Source of the DNA: Bdellovibrionales bacterium
GTDB taxonomy: Bacteria > Bdellovibrionota > Bdellovibrionia > Bdellovibrionales > UBA1609
Assembly (NCBI GenBank): GCA_965203095.1
Contig: OZ241877.1
Location: 416,001 to 480,000 of the forward strand
Reading direction: 5' to 3'
Length of the DNA stretch: 64,000 nt
A model generated the notes under the pieces. The model had not been told where the DNA came from and did no database searches. It worked only from the letters and a program-made list of their open reading frames with translations. The position numbers were made by a program, and so were the translations under genes. Below, piece after piece: positions 1 to 9,684 of this stretch. Each line of letters starts with the position of its first letter. Position 1 is the first letter of the stretch.

Positions 1-90
1 TTTTAAAAGCTCTGACTTCAAAACCCCTTTCCGGTGGAGGTTTTGAACACAAAACTCCCAATCCTCAAGCAAAAGTCGGCTGTCAATCAT
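1..90 (-). CDS. 5' end of a gene running off the window, possibly seryl-tRNA synthetase
   Basis: Minus-strand ATG at 90 with AAGGAG RBS; translates MIDSRLLLEDWEFCVQNLHRKGVLKSELLK, resembling the SerS N-terminus; only 30 codons visible. Confidence 0.4.
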   Translation of the reverse strand, partial: MIDSRLLLEDWEFCVQNLHRKGVLKSELLK

Positions 91-225
91 TTACTGGACT
101 CCTTAAAAATTAAGGCTTTATTTTGATTTGTTTGAGCTTTTTTGTCAAACATTTGAAAAAAAGTAGACATCGCCTATTTTTTTCTCTATGCTGGGTTTTA
201 TTTAACGAAATACAAGGAGTTTAAA

Positions 226-1050
226 ATGACAAAAAAAACAAATTCATGGCTATTAGCCATTTTTACCTTTGGTCTACTTTCCACCTTTTCTTGTAGCCAT
301 TTTTATAAAAAAGCCTGTTGCGGGAAAAAAAGAAGTGCTGTGGGGGGGAAAGCCATCGTCACAGCCATTGATGGTAGCAGTATAAAAGGAACAGTCCTTT
401 TTGAACCCACAGGCCGACATAAATTTAAAGTGAGTGCCCAGTTTGAAGGTTTAAAGCCTAATCAAAAATGGGGCTTTCATGTGCATGAGTTTGGAATATG
501 CGAAAAGAAAGCTCTACTGGCTGGTGCCCATTTTAATCCTAATGGCCAAAAACACGGAGGCCCGCGGGGCAAAAAAAGGCATTTGGGTGATCTTGGCAAC
601 CTCAGCTCGAACAGTGAGGGTGTGGCCACTTACACTCTTTTGACAACTGGCAAACTGAAGAAATTTTTAGGGCGATCGGTAATTGTTCATGCCCAGCCGG
701 ACGATTTAAAAAGCCAGCCCACAGGACAATCCGGCCAGCGACTGGCTTGTGGAGTGATAAGGGCTGTCCCGCCTTTTTCCACAAAAACAAGTGCTCCGTA
801 TAAAAGAAGGTTTGAAGATTATACAAGGACTCGAAGACGCAATGTGATTCCTGCTACTATAGAACCTTCAAAAATTATAAAAGCCAGTGAGGTTGCGGTT
901 TCTCCTACTACTCCTACTAAAGAGGAAGAGAGTAAGAAAGAGGCCCCTTCACCAGAACTCAGCCCTACAGAGGCGGAAGGGGAGGCCCCTTCACCAGCTC
1001 CCAGCCCATCACAAGCTGAGGGCACCACTCCTCCGGCCACAACAAATTGA
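226..1050 (+). CDS. sodC: Cu/Zn superoxide dismutase, probable lipoprotein with Pro/Glu/Thr-rich tail
   Basis: GFHVHE, GAHFNP, KHG, RHLGDLGN, IVHAQPDD and RLACG motifs; signal peptide with Cys; AAGGAG RBS. Confidence 0.93.
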   Translation: MTKKTNSWLLAIFTFGLLSTFSCSHFYKKACCGKKRSAVGGKAIVTAIDGSSIKGTVLFEPTGRHKFKVSAQFEGLKPNQKWGFHVHEFGICEKKALLAGAHFNPNGQKHGGPRGKKRHLGDLGNLSSNSEGVATYTLLTTGKLKKFLGRSVIVHAQPDDLKSQPTGQSGQRLACGVIRAVPPFSTKTSAPYKRRFEDYTRTRRRNVIPATIEPSKIIKASEVAVSPTTPTKEEESKKEAPSPELSPTEAEGEAPSPAPSPSQAEGTTPPATTN

Positions 1051-1197
1051 TATAAAATTTTTTACGGGCGACTACTAAAATGGTCGCCCGGCAAGTTTTC
1101 GGCTTGCTCCCAGAAAACCTCAATCCTACAAAAGTAAGAATCCAAAAAAATCTATCCTTTCCACAAAACTTACTAAAAAGCATTATTCTTTAATTTC

Positions 1198-1265
1198 TTT
1201 GTCCAAAGCCCCGCCCCATTTCGGGACGGCAATACCTTGGACCCTCATGGGGCTGGGCTTTTGTC
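1198..1265. repeat. Palindromic repeat, core TTCGGGACGGCAATACCTTGGACCCTC with AAAGCCCCGCCCCAT/ATGGGGCTGGGCTTT arms
   Basis: Core identical to copies at ~21530 and ~56421. Confidence 0.85.
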
Positions 1266-1329
1266 TGTCTTTTCCGGCTTTTGGCCTTTTCAATAAAAAA
1301 TACAAAAGATATGCTTTTTATAGTAAAAA

Positions 1330-3840
1330 ATGGAAAAAAGCATGCAGAAAAAACACAGCCAGGGCCAGATAGCCATTTTTGTGGTTTTGATTTTTCAAGT
1401 TCTTTTTATCTTGTTTGGCATGACCATTAATGTGGCCATGACAGTTTATGATAAAATCAATTTTCAAAATGCCTTAGATTTAGCGGCTTATTATGGGGCC
1501 AAACAACAGGCGGAAGTTTTAAACGCTATGGCCCATATCAACTATCAGATGCGACAGAACTGGAAACTTCTTTCCTGGAGATACCGCATTTTAGGCACAT
1601 TGACTCAAGATAAAGGGCATCCTCACAACCAATCTCCAAAAGCTTATTGGTGCCCTCAAAATAAGCTTAGCAATGGAAATGGACAAAACATCCAATGTTC
1701 CCAGCAAAAGATTAGTTTTCATGGAACTCCAATTGAAAAACAAAAATGTTCACAAGCCAAGTCCTCCCATTATCGTGACAATAACATCTATCCCGGTTAC
1801 TGCGACAGTCGCTACTTTATTTGCACTTCCAACAATGCATGGATTAGAGGAATAGAGCCTAATGAGCAAAATTTATGCCAATTAGCCAATATAACAATTC
1901 CACCCATTCCAGAACCTGCTATTCCTGGAAACATTTTGCCTATAGCTAATGTAGCCAGCCATGCCATAGATAAACTCCGACAGGAAATTGGTCGAAGTTG
2001 CCCTAAAGAAGGGGCTTTAAATGCACTGTTAGCTCATTTATTTTTAATCCATTTTAGAGAGGATCAGCAGGACAGAAGGGGGATGATCCAGCATATTTTT
2101 AAAAAATCTTTAGAAGCCGGTAATGATTTGAATGGGGATCCTATCCTAAAAGGGGCCAGCAAGGTTTTTTGTAATAATTTAAGCCAAAATAATTTACGAA
2201 GTATTAATCCTACTGATTCTACTCCTGAAGGTTGTTTTAGTTCTGATGTTCTACAAGATTTCAACTCTGTTGAGGATAAGGATTTCGAAGTTTTTTTTGA
2301 GCCTATCCGGGTGACTCCCGTCCTACAAATTTTAGATTTAAAAGGAAATCAGAGTAGCGTTGAAAGCTGTCCCTCTATTATAAGACCGCATTATGATACT
2401 GATGGTTCCTCAGCAAGACCAACTCCAAATGGTTTTGATATAAAATACAAAATAACAACCCAAGGAATTATCAATAGACTATATGATAATCCCAATCCGC
2501 ACCCTTTATACGGGTTTCTAAACCAACCTGCTATAAAACAAGAATTAGAGATACAAATAGATGTATACAATATGAGTAATTATTTTAATCCTCAAAACAA
2601 ATTGTTGTTAGGTTTTTCTAAAAAAACAGACCAACAGATCTATTATGGCCTGCGAATAGAGCTTCCCTCTTATAAACCCAACATATTTGCCCTCCCCCTC
2701 CCCTCCTCACAAACAATTCTATTTAAGGCCAGCTCTATTGCTAAACCCTTTGGGGGTGTTTTTGGGCCAAAACCAAAATCTGATCCTTTTATCAAAACAA
2801 CTACGGACCCGAATAACATAAACCCTTATACTTTACAACCCAACTACTCTCGCTATCCGGGAGATCCTTGGGGGCTTATAGATTATAAAATTCATGATCC
2901 TGCACACCCATCCCGATTTTTAAACAAACTGAAAGTAATGAAGCACAACAGTAAAAGAGTTTGGACTATAGATGCCTTTTTCCGGTGGACTTTGTATGCA
3001 CCGGCAGATATAAGGGATCCTTTGGCCTGGCCCTTTCAAGTTGAAGAAGATGAAGTATCAAAATCTTTTATGAGATTAATGGAGCTTATAGCCATTCATC
3101 CTGATATTTATGATTTATCCCATTACTCCATTGCTGGGAATTATATGCAGACTTATTTCCCAAAAATTTGTAAATTGTTAACAGAAAATAAAGATAATTG
3201 TAATCAATTAAAATTAAATCCAGAGATAATAAAGAACATACAACAAATAACAGATGGAATAGCCTTTGACGATTTGTATAGAAAAACAAATGGGCTGAAA
3301 AAATATTATATTCGTGGAGATTTGGGCTGGCCTTATCCTGATCTTGTTGATGCAAATGGTAAAGCTCTATCCATCGCTCCTGTTTTTTTGGAGGGAAATT
3401 TAAATAATTCTGGTAAAATTATTCCTCTGGCTTACAACCACTTTTCTCCTACTTCCCCTCATCCTAATACCTCCCCCCTTAGGGTGATTGGCAAATCATT
3501 CCAACTTAATACAGGGCCTTATGCCTTGGCCGGTCCCATTCTAAATCAAGATCATTTTGGCTACCCTTGGTTGGCCCAATTGCCAGAAGAAATTTTAAGC
3601 TCCTGGGCACCACCCATCCCCGAAAATGGGAAAATGGATTATTCGGATTATACCCCACCACAACCAAAAGGAGGTAAATTATTTATGAAATGTGATACTG
3701 AAGTGACAACTGCCAATAAACCCAACACTTCCGGCTGTATTGTGGGAGGGCGAAGTGGTTATTCCGTCAAACTGATCTCCTGCTCTGCATTGGAGGACAA
3801 TTCTCCCCTGAAAAATGACACTGAGTGGTGTAGTCAATAG
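1330..3840 (+). CDS. Large TadG/Tad-domain pilus-associated protein
   Basis: N-terminal SQG|QIAIFVVLIF prepilin-like segment, then KINFQNALDLAAYYGA Tad motif; Cys-rich extracellular region. Confidence 0.75.
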   Translation: MEKSMQKKHSQGQIAIFVVLIFQVLFILFGMTINVAMTVYDKINFQNALDLAAYYGAKQQAEVLNAMAHINYQMRQNWKLLSWRYRILGTLTQDKGHPHNQSPKAYWCPQNKLSNGNGQNIQCSQQKISFHGTPIEKQKCSQAKSSHYRDNNIYPGYCDSRYFICTSNNAWIRGIEPNEQNLCQLANITIPPIPEPAIPGNILPIANVASHAIDKLRQEIGRSCPKEGALNALLAHLFLIHFREDQQDRRGMIQHIFKKSLEAGNDLNGDPILKGASKVFCNNLSQNNLRSINPTDSTPEGCFSSDVLQDFNSVEDKDFEVFFEPIRVTPVLQILDLKGNQSSVESCPSIIRPHYDTDGSSARPTPNGFDIKYKITTQGIINRLYDNPNPHPLYGFLNQPAIKQELEIQIDVYNMSNYFNPQNKLLLGFSKKTDQQIYYGLRIELPSYKPNIFALPLPSSQTILFKASSIAKPFGGVFGPKPKSDPFIKTTTDPNNINPYTLQPNYSRYPGDPWGLIDYKIHDPAHPSRFLNKLKVMKHNSKRVWTIDAFFRWTLYAPADIRDPLAWPFQVEEDEVSKSFMRLMELIAIHPDIYDLSHYSIAGNYMQTYFPKICKLLTENKDNCNQLKLNPEIIKNIQQITDGIAFDDLYRKTNGLKKYYIRGDLGWPYPDLVDANGKALSIAPVFLEGNLNNSGKIIPLAYNHFSPTSPHPNTSPLRVIGKSFQLNTGPYALAGPILNQDHFGYPWLAQLPEEILSSWAPPIPENGKMDYSDYTPPQPKGGKLFMKCDTEVTTANKPNTSGCIVGGRSGYSVKLISCSALEDNSPLKNDTEWCSQ

Positions 3841-3918
3841 CCCCACCTTCACAAGGACAAGCCACAAAAAGTCTACAGATTTTTTAACAAGATTTATAGG
3901 AAAGAAAAAGATACCTTG

Positions 3919-4243
3919 ATTCCCGCTCAAGGCGGGAATTGACTGTGTTCGCGATAGCCAAGCTGAACGGAAACGACCACTTAACTGCTTTTGCCCAAAG
4001 CCATTCCATGAGGGTCCAAGGTATTCCCGTCCCGAAATGGAATGGCCTTTGGGCAAAGAACCTAAAGAATAGGCTTTTTAACAAGCTTTGCGGAAAGACA
4101 AACTCTTCTGGATTCCCGCTTTCGCTGGATTTCGGCTTCCGGGGGCAAGCCGAAAAAAGTCCGGAGGATCTTTAGGCAAAGTTTATGTGTTTTTTCCAAA
4201 AAAACAGCGGTGAGGGTCCAAGGTGTTTTCCCGCAAAATGGCA
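3919..4243. repeat. Cluster of REP-like units (ATTCCCGC..GCGGGAAT) and core-hairpin repeat copies
   Basis: REP-like units at 3919-3939 and ~4108-4130; reverse core hairpin 3988-4058; degenerate core 4205-4243. Confidence 0.8.
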
Positions 4244-4424
4244 GAAAGTTTTTATGCTTTACCAACAAAATTAGGGGCAGTTCCAGCTTTAAAGTGTCCA
4301 AATTAGCCTTAATTTGGGCCCTAAGATGTCCAAATTCAGGCTAATTTGTTGCTTTTTTCCAAAAAAAGCTTTATTTTTCTAATAAAGGGTTAGGCTCAAA
4401 CAAATATAAAAAGGGATAGGAACC

Positions 4425-5609
4425 ATGTATATTCAAAGAGAGATCAAACAGGATATAAAGAGCAAACTTTTGCGAGAGAAGGCAAAAATCATTATTATCT
4501 ATGGAGCCAGACAAGTAGGTAAAACCAGCCTGACAGAACATATTTTAAAGGATCTTAATAAAAAAATTCTCAGGTTAAACGGGGATGAGGCCCAAACAGC
4601 CATTGCTTTTTCCAGTCGTAGTCGGGAAAAACTGCAAAATATATCCTCTGGTTATGATATTGTATTTATAGATGAGGCACAAAGGATTGAAAATATAGGT
4701 CTTAATCTAAAAATTTTGCATGACAGCCAGCCTCACTTAAAAATCATAGTCACTGGTTCTTCCTCCTTTGATCTGGCAAGCTCTATTCAGGAATCTTTAA
4801 CAGGACGAGCATGGGTTTATCATTTGTCCCCTCTGGCTATATGTGAATTAAAAAATCATTTCCCTCCTTATGAGTTGTCTCAAAATTTGGCAAAGCTGTT
4901 GATTTTTGGTTCTTATCCAGAGCTTTTTTCTCTCAAAAACATATCTGAAAAACAAGATTATTTGCACACTTTGGCTGAAAACTATTTGTATAAGGATATC
5001 TTGGCAATAGAGGGTATAAAAGGCAGTCAAAAAATTAGGAAACTCTTGCAACTTTTGGCATTTCAAGTAGGATCGGAAGTATCCCTCACAGAGCTAAGCC
5101 AGCAGATGGAAATCCACAAAAAAACAGTAGAACGATATATTCATCTTCTGGAAAAGTTTTTTGTTATTTTCCCTTTGACTGGTTTTAGACGAAATTTAAG
5201 AAAAGAACTAACACAAAAGCCAAAAATTTATTTTTGTGATATGGGTATCCGGAATGCTCTTATCAATAATTTTAATGATCTGGAAAATAGAAACGATGTA
5301 GGAATACTTTGGGAAAATTTTATTATAGCCGAGAGATTAAAATTCAACTCCTACCATAAGCGATTTGTATCTTCTTATTTTTGGAGGACTTACACAGGGG
5401 CGGAGTTAGATTATGTGGAGGAATATGGAGGTCAGTTGAATGGATATGAGATCAAATGGATGAAAAAAGCTTCTGCCCCAAGAACATGGAAAGAAAGCTA
5501 CAAAGCCAGTTTTAAATATATCAATCAAGATAATTTTTTAAGTTTTATCAGTGGGAAAAAGGGAAAAGGGAGAAAAAGCAAAAGCTCTGAGAAAAGTAAA
5601 AAAGTATGA
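4425..5609 (+). CDS. AAA_14 family ATPase with DUF4143 domain
   Basis: Walker A GARQVGKT, Walker B FIDEAQ, VTGSSS, PKIYFCDMGIRN, WENF, C-terminal ELDYV..YEIKW. Confidence 0.9.
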   Translation: MYIQREIKQDIKSKLLREKAKIIIIYGARQVGKTSLTEHILKDLNKKILRLNGDEAQTAIAFSSRSREKLQNISSGYDIVFIDEAQRIENIGLNLKILHDSQPHLKIIVTGSSSFDLASSIQESLTGRAWVYHLSPLAICELKNHFPPYELSQNLAKLLIFGSYPELFSLKNISEKQDYLHTLAENYLYKDILAIEGIKGSQKIRKLLQLLAFQVGSEVSLTELSQQMEIHKKTVERYIHLLEKFFVIFPLTGFRRNLRKELTQKPKIYFCDMGIRNALINNFNDLENRNDVGILWENFIIAERLKFNSYHKRFVSSYFWRTYTGAELDYVEEYGGQLNGYEIKWMKKASAPRTWKESYKASFKYINQDNFLSFISGKKGKGRKSKSSEKSKKV

Positions 5610-5686
5610 GCTGAGGGAAAAAGTGAACTCTTTTTAAAGTATGACTTAATACCCACTTTAAAAAGGATAAGGCCATAGTAAAGTTT

Positions 5687-6706
5687 TTAAAAAAAATCCT
5701 TCTCTAAAGGCTGAGGGGAGCAGGGCATGTTTAAACCGTCCCTTTTCCCCCTTAAAAAATATTTTAAACCAGTAAAGGCAATCATAGCACCGTTATCAGT
5801 GCAAAATATTTTTTTAGGAAAGGCCAAAGGGACAGAGTTTTTTTGAGACCATTCCCTCAACCGGTGCCTTAAAAGGCTATTGGCACTCACCCCTCCCCCT
5901 AACAGAGCCTGGCCCAAGGGATATTTTTTATAAGCTCTCACCCATTTTTCCATTAAATGCTCCACAAGCCTCTCTTGATAGCTGGCAGAGAGTTGAGCCT
6001 TATTCTTTTCCACCCAACTTTGGGATCGGCCCTGAATCAGCCTCCGCCCCTGGCTTTTTAAACCAGAAAAACTAAAAGACAGATCATCCGTTTTTATTTT
6101 TGAAAAAAAAGATTTTTCTTTAGAAACATTTTGAGACAAACTATCTAAAATCGCCCCACCGGGCCAAGGGAGACCCAACAAACGGGCAAACTTATCTAAA
6201 GCCTCCCCTGCAGAATCATCTCTGGTTTGAGCCACCAATACCGATCGCCCTATATCTTTTACATAAAAAAGTGAGCTGTGCCCCCCGCTAACAATTAGAG
6301 CCAAAGCGGGAAGGGATATTTTCTCCCCCTTCTCCCCACTCAAAAAAAGGGCTGGGCTAAAAATATGGGCCTCAATATGATTGACCCCTATTAAGGGTTT
6401 ACCCCAAAGCCAACTCAAAATTTTAGCTGTCATTGAGCCCACCAAAAGAGATCCCAAAAGTCCGGGGCGGTTGGTGACGGCAATCAGATCAATTTTCTTA
6501 ATAGGAACAGTTTTTAAAGCCTGTTCAATAAGAGGCAAAATTTGCTCTCCTTGGGCCCGGCTGGCCAACTCCGGCACAATCCCCCCAAACTTTTCGTGAA
6601 TGGAGTTCTGGCCACTTTGGCTTAAAAACAAAACCTCCCCGTCCTCTTTAACCAGGGATACAGAGCAATCATCGCAACTGGTCTCTATGCCCAGGGCAAT
6701 AGCCAT
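5687..6706 (-). CDS. tsaD: tRNA N6-adenosine threonylcarbamoyltransferase
   Basis: LGIETSCDD, GGIVPELASR, VNHIEAH, VSGGHS, DDSAGEALDK, CTDNGAMIA. Confidence 0.96.
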   Translation of the reverse strand: MAIALGIETSCDDCSVSLVKEDGEVLFLSQSGQNSIHEKFGGIVPELASRAQGEQILPLIEQALKTVPIKKIDLIAVTNRPGLLGSLLVGSMTAKILSWLWGKPLIGVNHIEAHIFSPALFLSGEKGEKISLPALALIVSGGHSSLFYVKDIGRSVLVAQTRDDSAGEALDKFARLLGLPWPGGAILDSLSQNVSKEKSFFSKIKTDDLSFSFSGLKSQGRRLIQGRSQSWVEKNKAQLSASYQERLVEHLMEKWVRAYKKYPLGQALLGGGVSANSLLRHRLREWSQKNSVPLAFPKKIFCTDNGAMIAFTGLKYFLRGKRDGLNMPCSPQPLEKDFF

Positions 6707-6707
6707 T

Positions 6708-7415
6708 TCAATCCTCTAAAAGTTTTTTGGCTTTTTGCCCCCATATAGATTCGGGATGGGAGTGAACAATCTCTTTAAAAAAAACTTGAGCTTCAATAGG
6801 CATTTTTAACCGCTGAAAAGACAGTCCAATATAAAAAGTAGCTGTGAGGTAAAAAGGGCCTTTGGGGTTTTCATCACGATATTTTTGAAAATGGGAAATG
6901 GCTTTTTCATATTCCTTTTCCTTAAACAATTTATGGGCTAAGGCCAATTCGCTCTCACTTATTTTTTTTAAAGCCTCTTTTTGGCTTTGATAAAGTGGAG
7001 TCTCTTCTAAAAAAGCCTCTTCGCCAGCTGGTTTTTCCGTAAAATGTTCTTTCTCTAAATTTTCCTCTGCTAAAGATCCCTCTTCTGTTCCCGCTAGTGT
7101 CTCCTCTTCGGGCTGTGGTTTTTCAAAAGCCTTTTTCTGGAGCAAACTTTCCAACTGATTCTCTATCAAGGCCAGCTGGTCCTTCATTTTACTGTAATTT
7201 TTGATTACCTCTTTCATTTTTTTTATAACAAACTGCCAGTTCCTGCCTTTAAATTCAGAAACAGTTTTTAAGTGGGCCACTTCTCTTGAGATTTTTTTTT
7301 GCGGGCGGGTTTTCTTTGTTTTTGTGGATGGGGAGACTGCGACTTTTTCAGTAGTAGAGCAGGATGTTAACACTATGAGGCAAAAAAAAAGAGGAAATAT
7401 TTTAAGAAAACTCAT
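6708..7415 (-). CDS. CpoB/YbgF-like TPR lipoprotein
   Basis: Lipobox LTSC, coiled coil, C-terminal TPR (YEKAISHF..ATFYIGLSF); in operon with pal. Confidence 0.75.
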   Translation of the reverse strand: MSFLKIFPLFFCLIVLTSCSTTEKVAVSPSTKTKKTRPQKKISREVAHLKTVSEFKGRNWQFVIKKMKEVIKNYSKMKDQLALIENQLESLLQKKAFEKPQPEEETLAGTEEGSLAEENLEKEHFTEKPAGEEAFLEETPLYQSQKEALKKISESELALAHKLFKEKEYEKAISHFQKYRDENPKGPFYLTATFYIGLSFQRLKMPIEAQVFFKEIVHSHPESIWGQKAKKLLED

Positions 7416-7705
7416 TCCGATTCCTTTAGAGTTTTTAAACGAGCATTAAATTCCGCCTTTTCTGACCACTTAAGGGATTCTTCAAAAGCCAGGCTGGCCT
7501 CATTATATTGTTGTTTTTTATATAAAGCCAACGCCTTTTTATAAAACGAAAGGGCTTTGGAATAGGACCTGTGGCTCCTCTTATTGGCCTTCGCCTTTTT
7601 GGCTGATAAAAGGGCTATTTGTGCCAAAGCATATTCCTTTTGGGAGTTTGTAGAAGCACAGGCCAGAAGGCCACAAAAAAACATTAACATTAAAAATAAT
7701 CGCAT
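7412..7705 (-). CDS. Small helical lipoprotein (DUF4398-like)
   Basis: Lipobox LLAC, Ala/Lys-rich helices ending AEFNAR; between pal and cpoB-like gene. Confidence 0.65.
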   Translation of the reverse strand: MRLFLMLMFFCGLLACASTNSQKEYALAQIALLSAKKAKANKRSHRSYSKALSFYKKALALYKKQQYNEASLAFEESLKWSEKAEFNARLKTLKESE

Positions 7706-7707
7706 TT

Positions 7708-8217
7708 TTAATACTGAGGGACAAAGTTCACCCTTCGGTTCAAGCTGTTTTCTGTTTCAGAAATCAGTTTTTCCTCTCCATAACTTATCAGGCTCATTTT
7801 TTCCGGAGCCAAACCAATGCTTTTCAGGTAGTTGAAAACACTTTGTGCCCTCCTCTCACCCAAACCCACATTGTAAGCCTCTGATCCTAAGGGGTCACAA
7901 TGCCCCTCTAAAAGAATCCTTTGGACTTCGGGATGACTGTCCATCCAGGCCTTGTTGGCATGGAGAGTCTCTTTGACAGCTGATGTCAAACGAGAAGAAT
8001 CCAGCTCAAAGTGAACTGTGCGAAGGCCCTCAATCCGGCCCGAATCACTTCCGGGGCTGTCCGAATCAATATCCATGTCGGCAATCTCTTCAATAGCTGA
8101 GCCTTCCATTTCTGGCCGACCCTGAAGGCGATCTTGGGCCTTTTGTAGGTAAGAACAAGAAATAAAAAAGGAGCATAAAAAAAGCAAAACCAAGATTTTT
8201 TTTATTGTCCAGTGCAT
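7708..8217 (-). CDS. pal: Peptidoglycan-associated lipoprotein (OmpA C-terminal domain)
   Basis: Lipobox FISC; VHFELDSS, LEGHCD, GSEAYNVGLGERRA, SYGEEK, NRRV. Confidence 0.9.
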   Translation of the reverse strand: MHWTIKKILVLLFLCSFFISCSYLQKAQDRLQGRPEMEGSAIEEIADMDIDSDSPGSDSGRIEGLRTVHFELDSSRLTSAVKETLHANKAWMDSHPEVQRILLEGHCDPLGSEAYNVGLGERRAQSVFNYLKSIGLAPEKMSLISYGEEKLISETENSLNRRVNFVPQY

Positions 8218-8293
8218 AAAACCTCCTTTATTTGACTAATATGAAATAAAATTATAAATAATTTTATAGTATTTTTAGAAAAAATCAAGTTTT

Positions 8294-8785
8294 ATGGAAT
8301 CAGAAAAAACCAAATCTTGGATCTACAAATGCCTGAAGGGGGATAAACCTAACATTCCCTTGGAAAACCTTGAAGAAGAGGACCTTGAGGATTGGACTTA
8401 TGAATTTTTACTTGATCTTCGCTCTATTTTTGAGAATTTCATCCAGGCCTTTGAAGAACTGAAAACCAAGGATGGCCCGCCAGATATGGCGGAAAAGCTT
8501 AAAAGTTCCCTATTTATTTATGACTTGGCCGATAAAAAGGGCTTTATGCTGTTCAGGAAGGAAGGCTATCGGCTAACTTTCTCTTATGTTCGCCCCGGTT
8601 GTATAAGGGTTCATTTTTTCAAGCAAAATCCTTTTTCTGAGCCCGAAAGCTTTGTGGACAGCCACATAAGAGCACTTACCAATGACACACTGTCTATCAA
8701 CTGGGTCCATGAGGGGCGAAAAGGCTTTGTGGATATTCAGGTTTTGGCCCGTTATTATATGAAACGTTTTCTCCAAGAAATTTAA
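8294..8785 (+). CDS. Hypothetical protein
   Basis: 163-aa ORF filling the gap between pal and rpsI; no recognised motif. Confidence 0.6.
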   Translation: MESEKTKSWIYKCLKGDKPNIPLENLEEEDLEDWTYEFLLDLRSIFENFIQAFEELKTKDGPPDMAEKLKSSLFIYDLADKKGFMLFRKEGYRLTFSYVRPGCIRVHFFKQNPFSEPESFVDSHIRALTNDTLSINWVHEGRKGFVDIQVLARYYMKRFLQEI

Positions 8786-8798
8786 AATACTGGTAAGT

Positions 8799-9224
8799 TT
8801 ATCGTTTTGAGTATTGAGGGCTTTTTCTGGCTTTGTGATGGCCATACTTTTTTCGCTCAACCATTCGAGAATCCCTTGTCAGAAAACCCTTTTGCTTAAG
8901 GGCCGGACGATGCTCTGCAGAATGCTCTATCAAAGCCCTGGACAAACCATGGCGGATAGCTTCAGCTTGACTTGAAAAGCCCCCTCCCTTCACCGTGACC
9001 ATTATATCAAAGGATTTTTGCAAACTTAAGGTTTCAAGAGGGGCCAAAACCGCCTGTATCTGTTGGGGCTGAGTAAAGTATTTTTTGAGATCAATAAAGC
9101 CCTTTTCTTTACCCTTATTTTTTTTAATACGAAAAAGCCCCTGCCCCGGTTTTACAAAAACCCGTGCCGAGCTGGTTTTCCTCCTGCCCGTTCCGTAAAA
9201 ATAAGTCTTTTTTCCTGCTAACAT
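8799..9224 (-). CDS. rpsI: 30S ribosomal protein S9
   Basis: GTGRRKTSSARV, VKGGG, LTRDSRMVERKKYG, QYSKR. Confidence 0.98.
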   Translation of the reverse strand: MLAGKKTYFYGTGRRKTSSARVFVKPGQGLFRIKKNKGKEKGFIDLKKYFTQPQQIQAVLAPLETLSLQKSFDIMVTVKGGGFSSQAEAIRHGLSRALIEHSAEHRPALKQKGFLTRDSRMVERKKYGHHKARKSPQYSKR

Positions 9225-9236
9225 AAGGATCTCTTT

Positions 9237-9662
9237 TTAATTAAAAAGCAATTCTTTTGGCTTTTTATCTTGGTATTTGTGATGGGAATCCTTAAAAATT
9301 TTTAACCGTTTAAGGGCTTTTGACCTGTGCTTGTTTTTAGGCAACATCCCCGAAACGGCCTTTTTGAGCAGTTCCTCAGAAGGCATATCCTTGGCCTTTT
9401 TCTCTTTAAGCGAACCGATAAAACGGGAATGCCTATAATAACTTTTTTGCAATAGCTTTTTCCCCGTCAATTTGATTTTATCTGAATTGATGACAATCAC
9501 AAAATCCCCTCCCATCACATGAGGAGTAAATTGAGCTTTGTCCTTCCCTATTAAAATTTTTGCCACCCGGCTGGCCAAACGGCCCAGGGGTTTTCCCTCC
9601 GCATCCAATATTCTCCATCCTCTTTTTACATCCTCATCTTTTTGAGACCATGTTTTTGACAT
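9237..9662 (-). CDS. rplM: 50S ribosomal protein L13
   Basis: WRILDAEGKPLGRLAS, FTPH, AVSGMLPKN; start moved to ATG 9662, which follows a GGAGGAG RBS. Confidence 0.97.
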   Translation of the reverse strand: MSKTWSQKDEDVKRGWRILDAEGKPLGRLASRVAKILIGKDKAQFTPHVMGGDFVIVINSDKIKLTGKKLLQKSYYRHSRFIGSLKEKKAKDMPSEELLKKAVSGMLPKNKHRSKALKRLKIFKDSHHKYQDKKPKELLFN

Positions 9663-9684
9663 TGCTCCTCCTGAAAAGAGTTTT

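Noticed and set aside
3988..4058. Hammerhead ribozyme reading of the repeat core (..ATGAG GG..CCC GAAA..)
   Set aside because: The required CUGAnGA box is missing and no third stem with a cleavage triplet is evident; only superficial similarity
3679..4301. Short ORFs over repeat clusters (also 965-1183, 27816-28025, 56291-56570)
   Set aside because: They translate the palindromic repeats; no RBS or protein-like features
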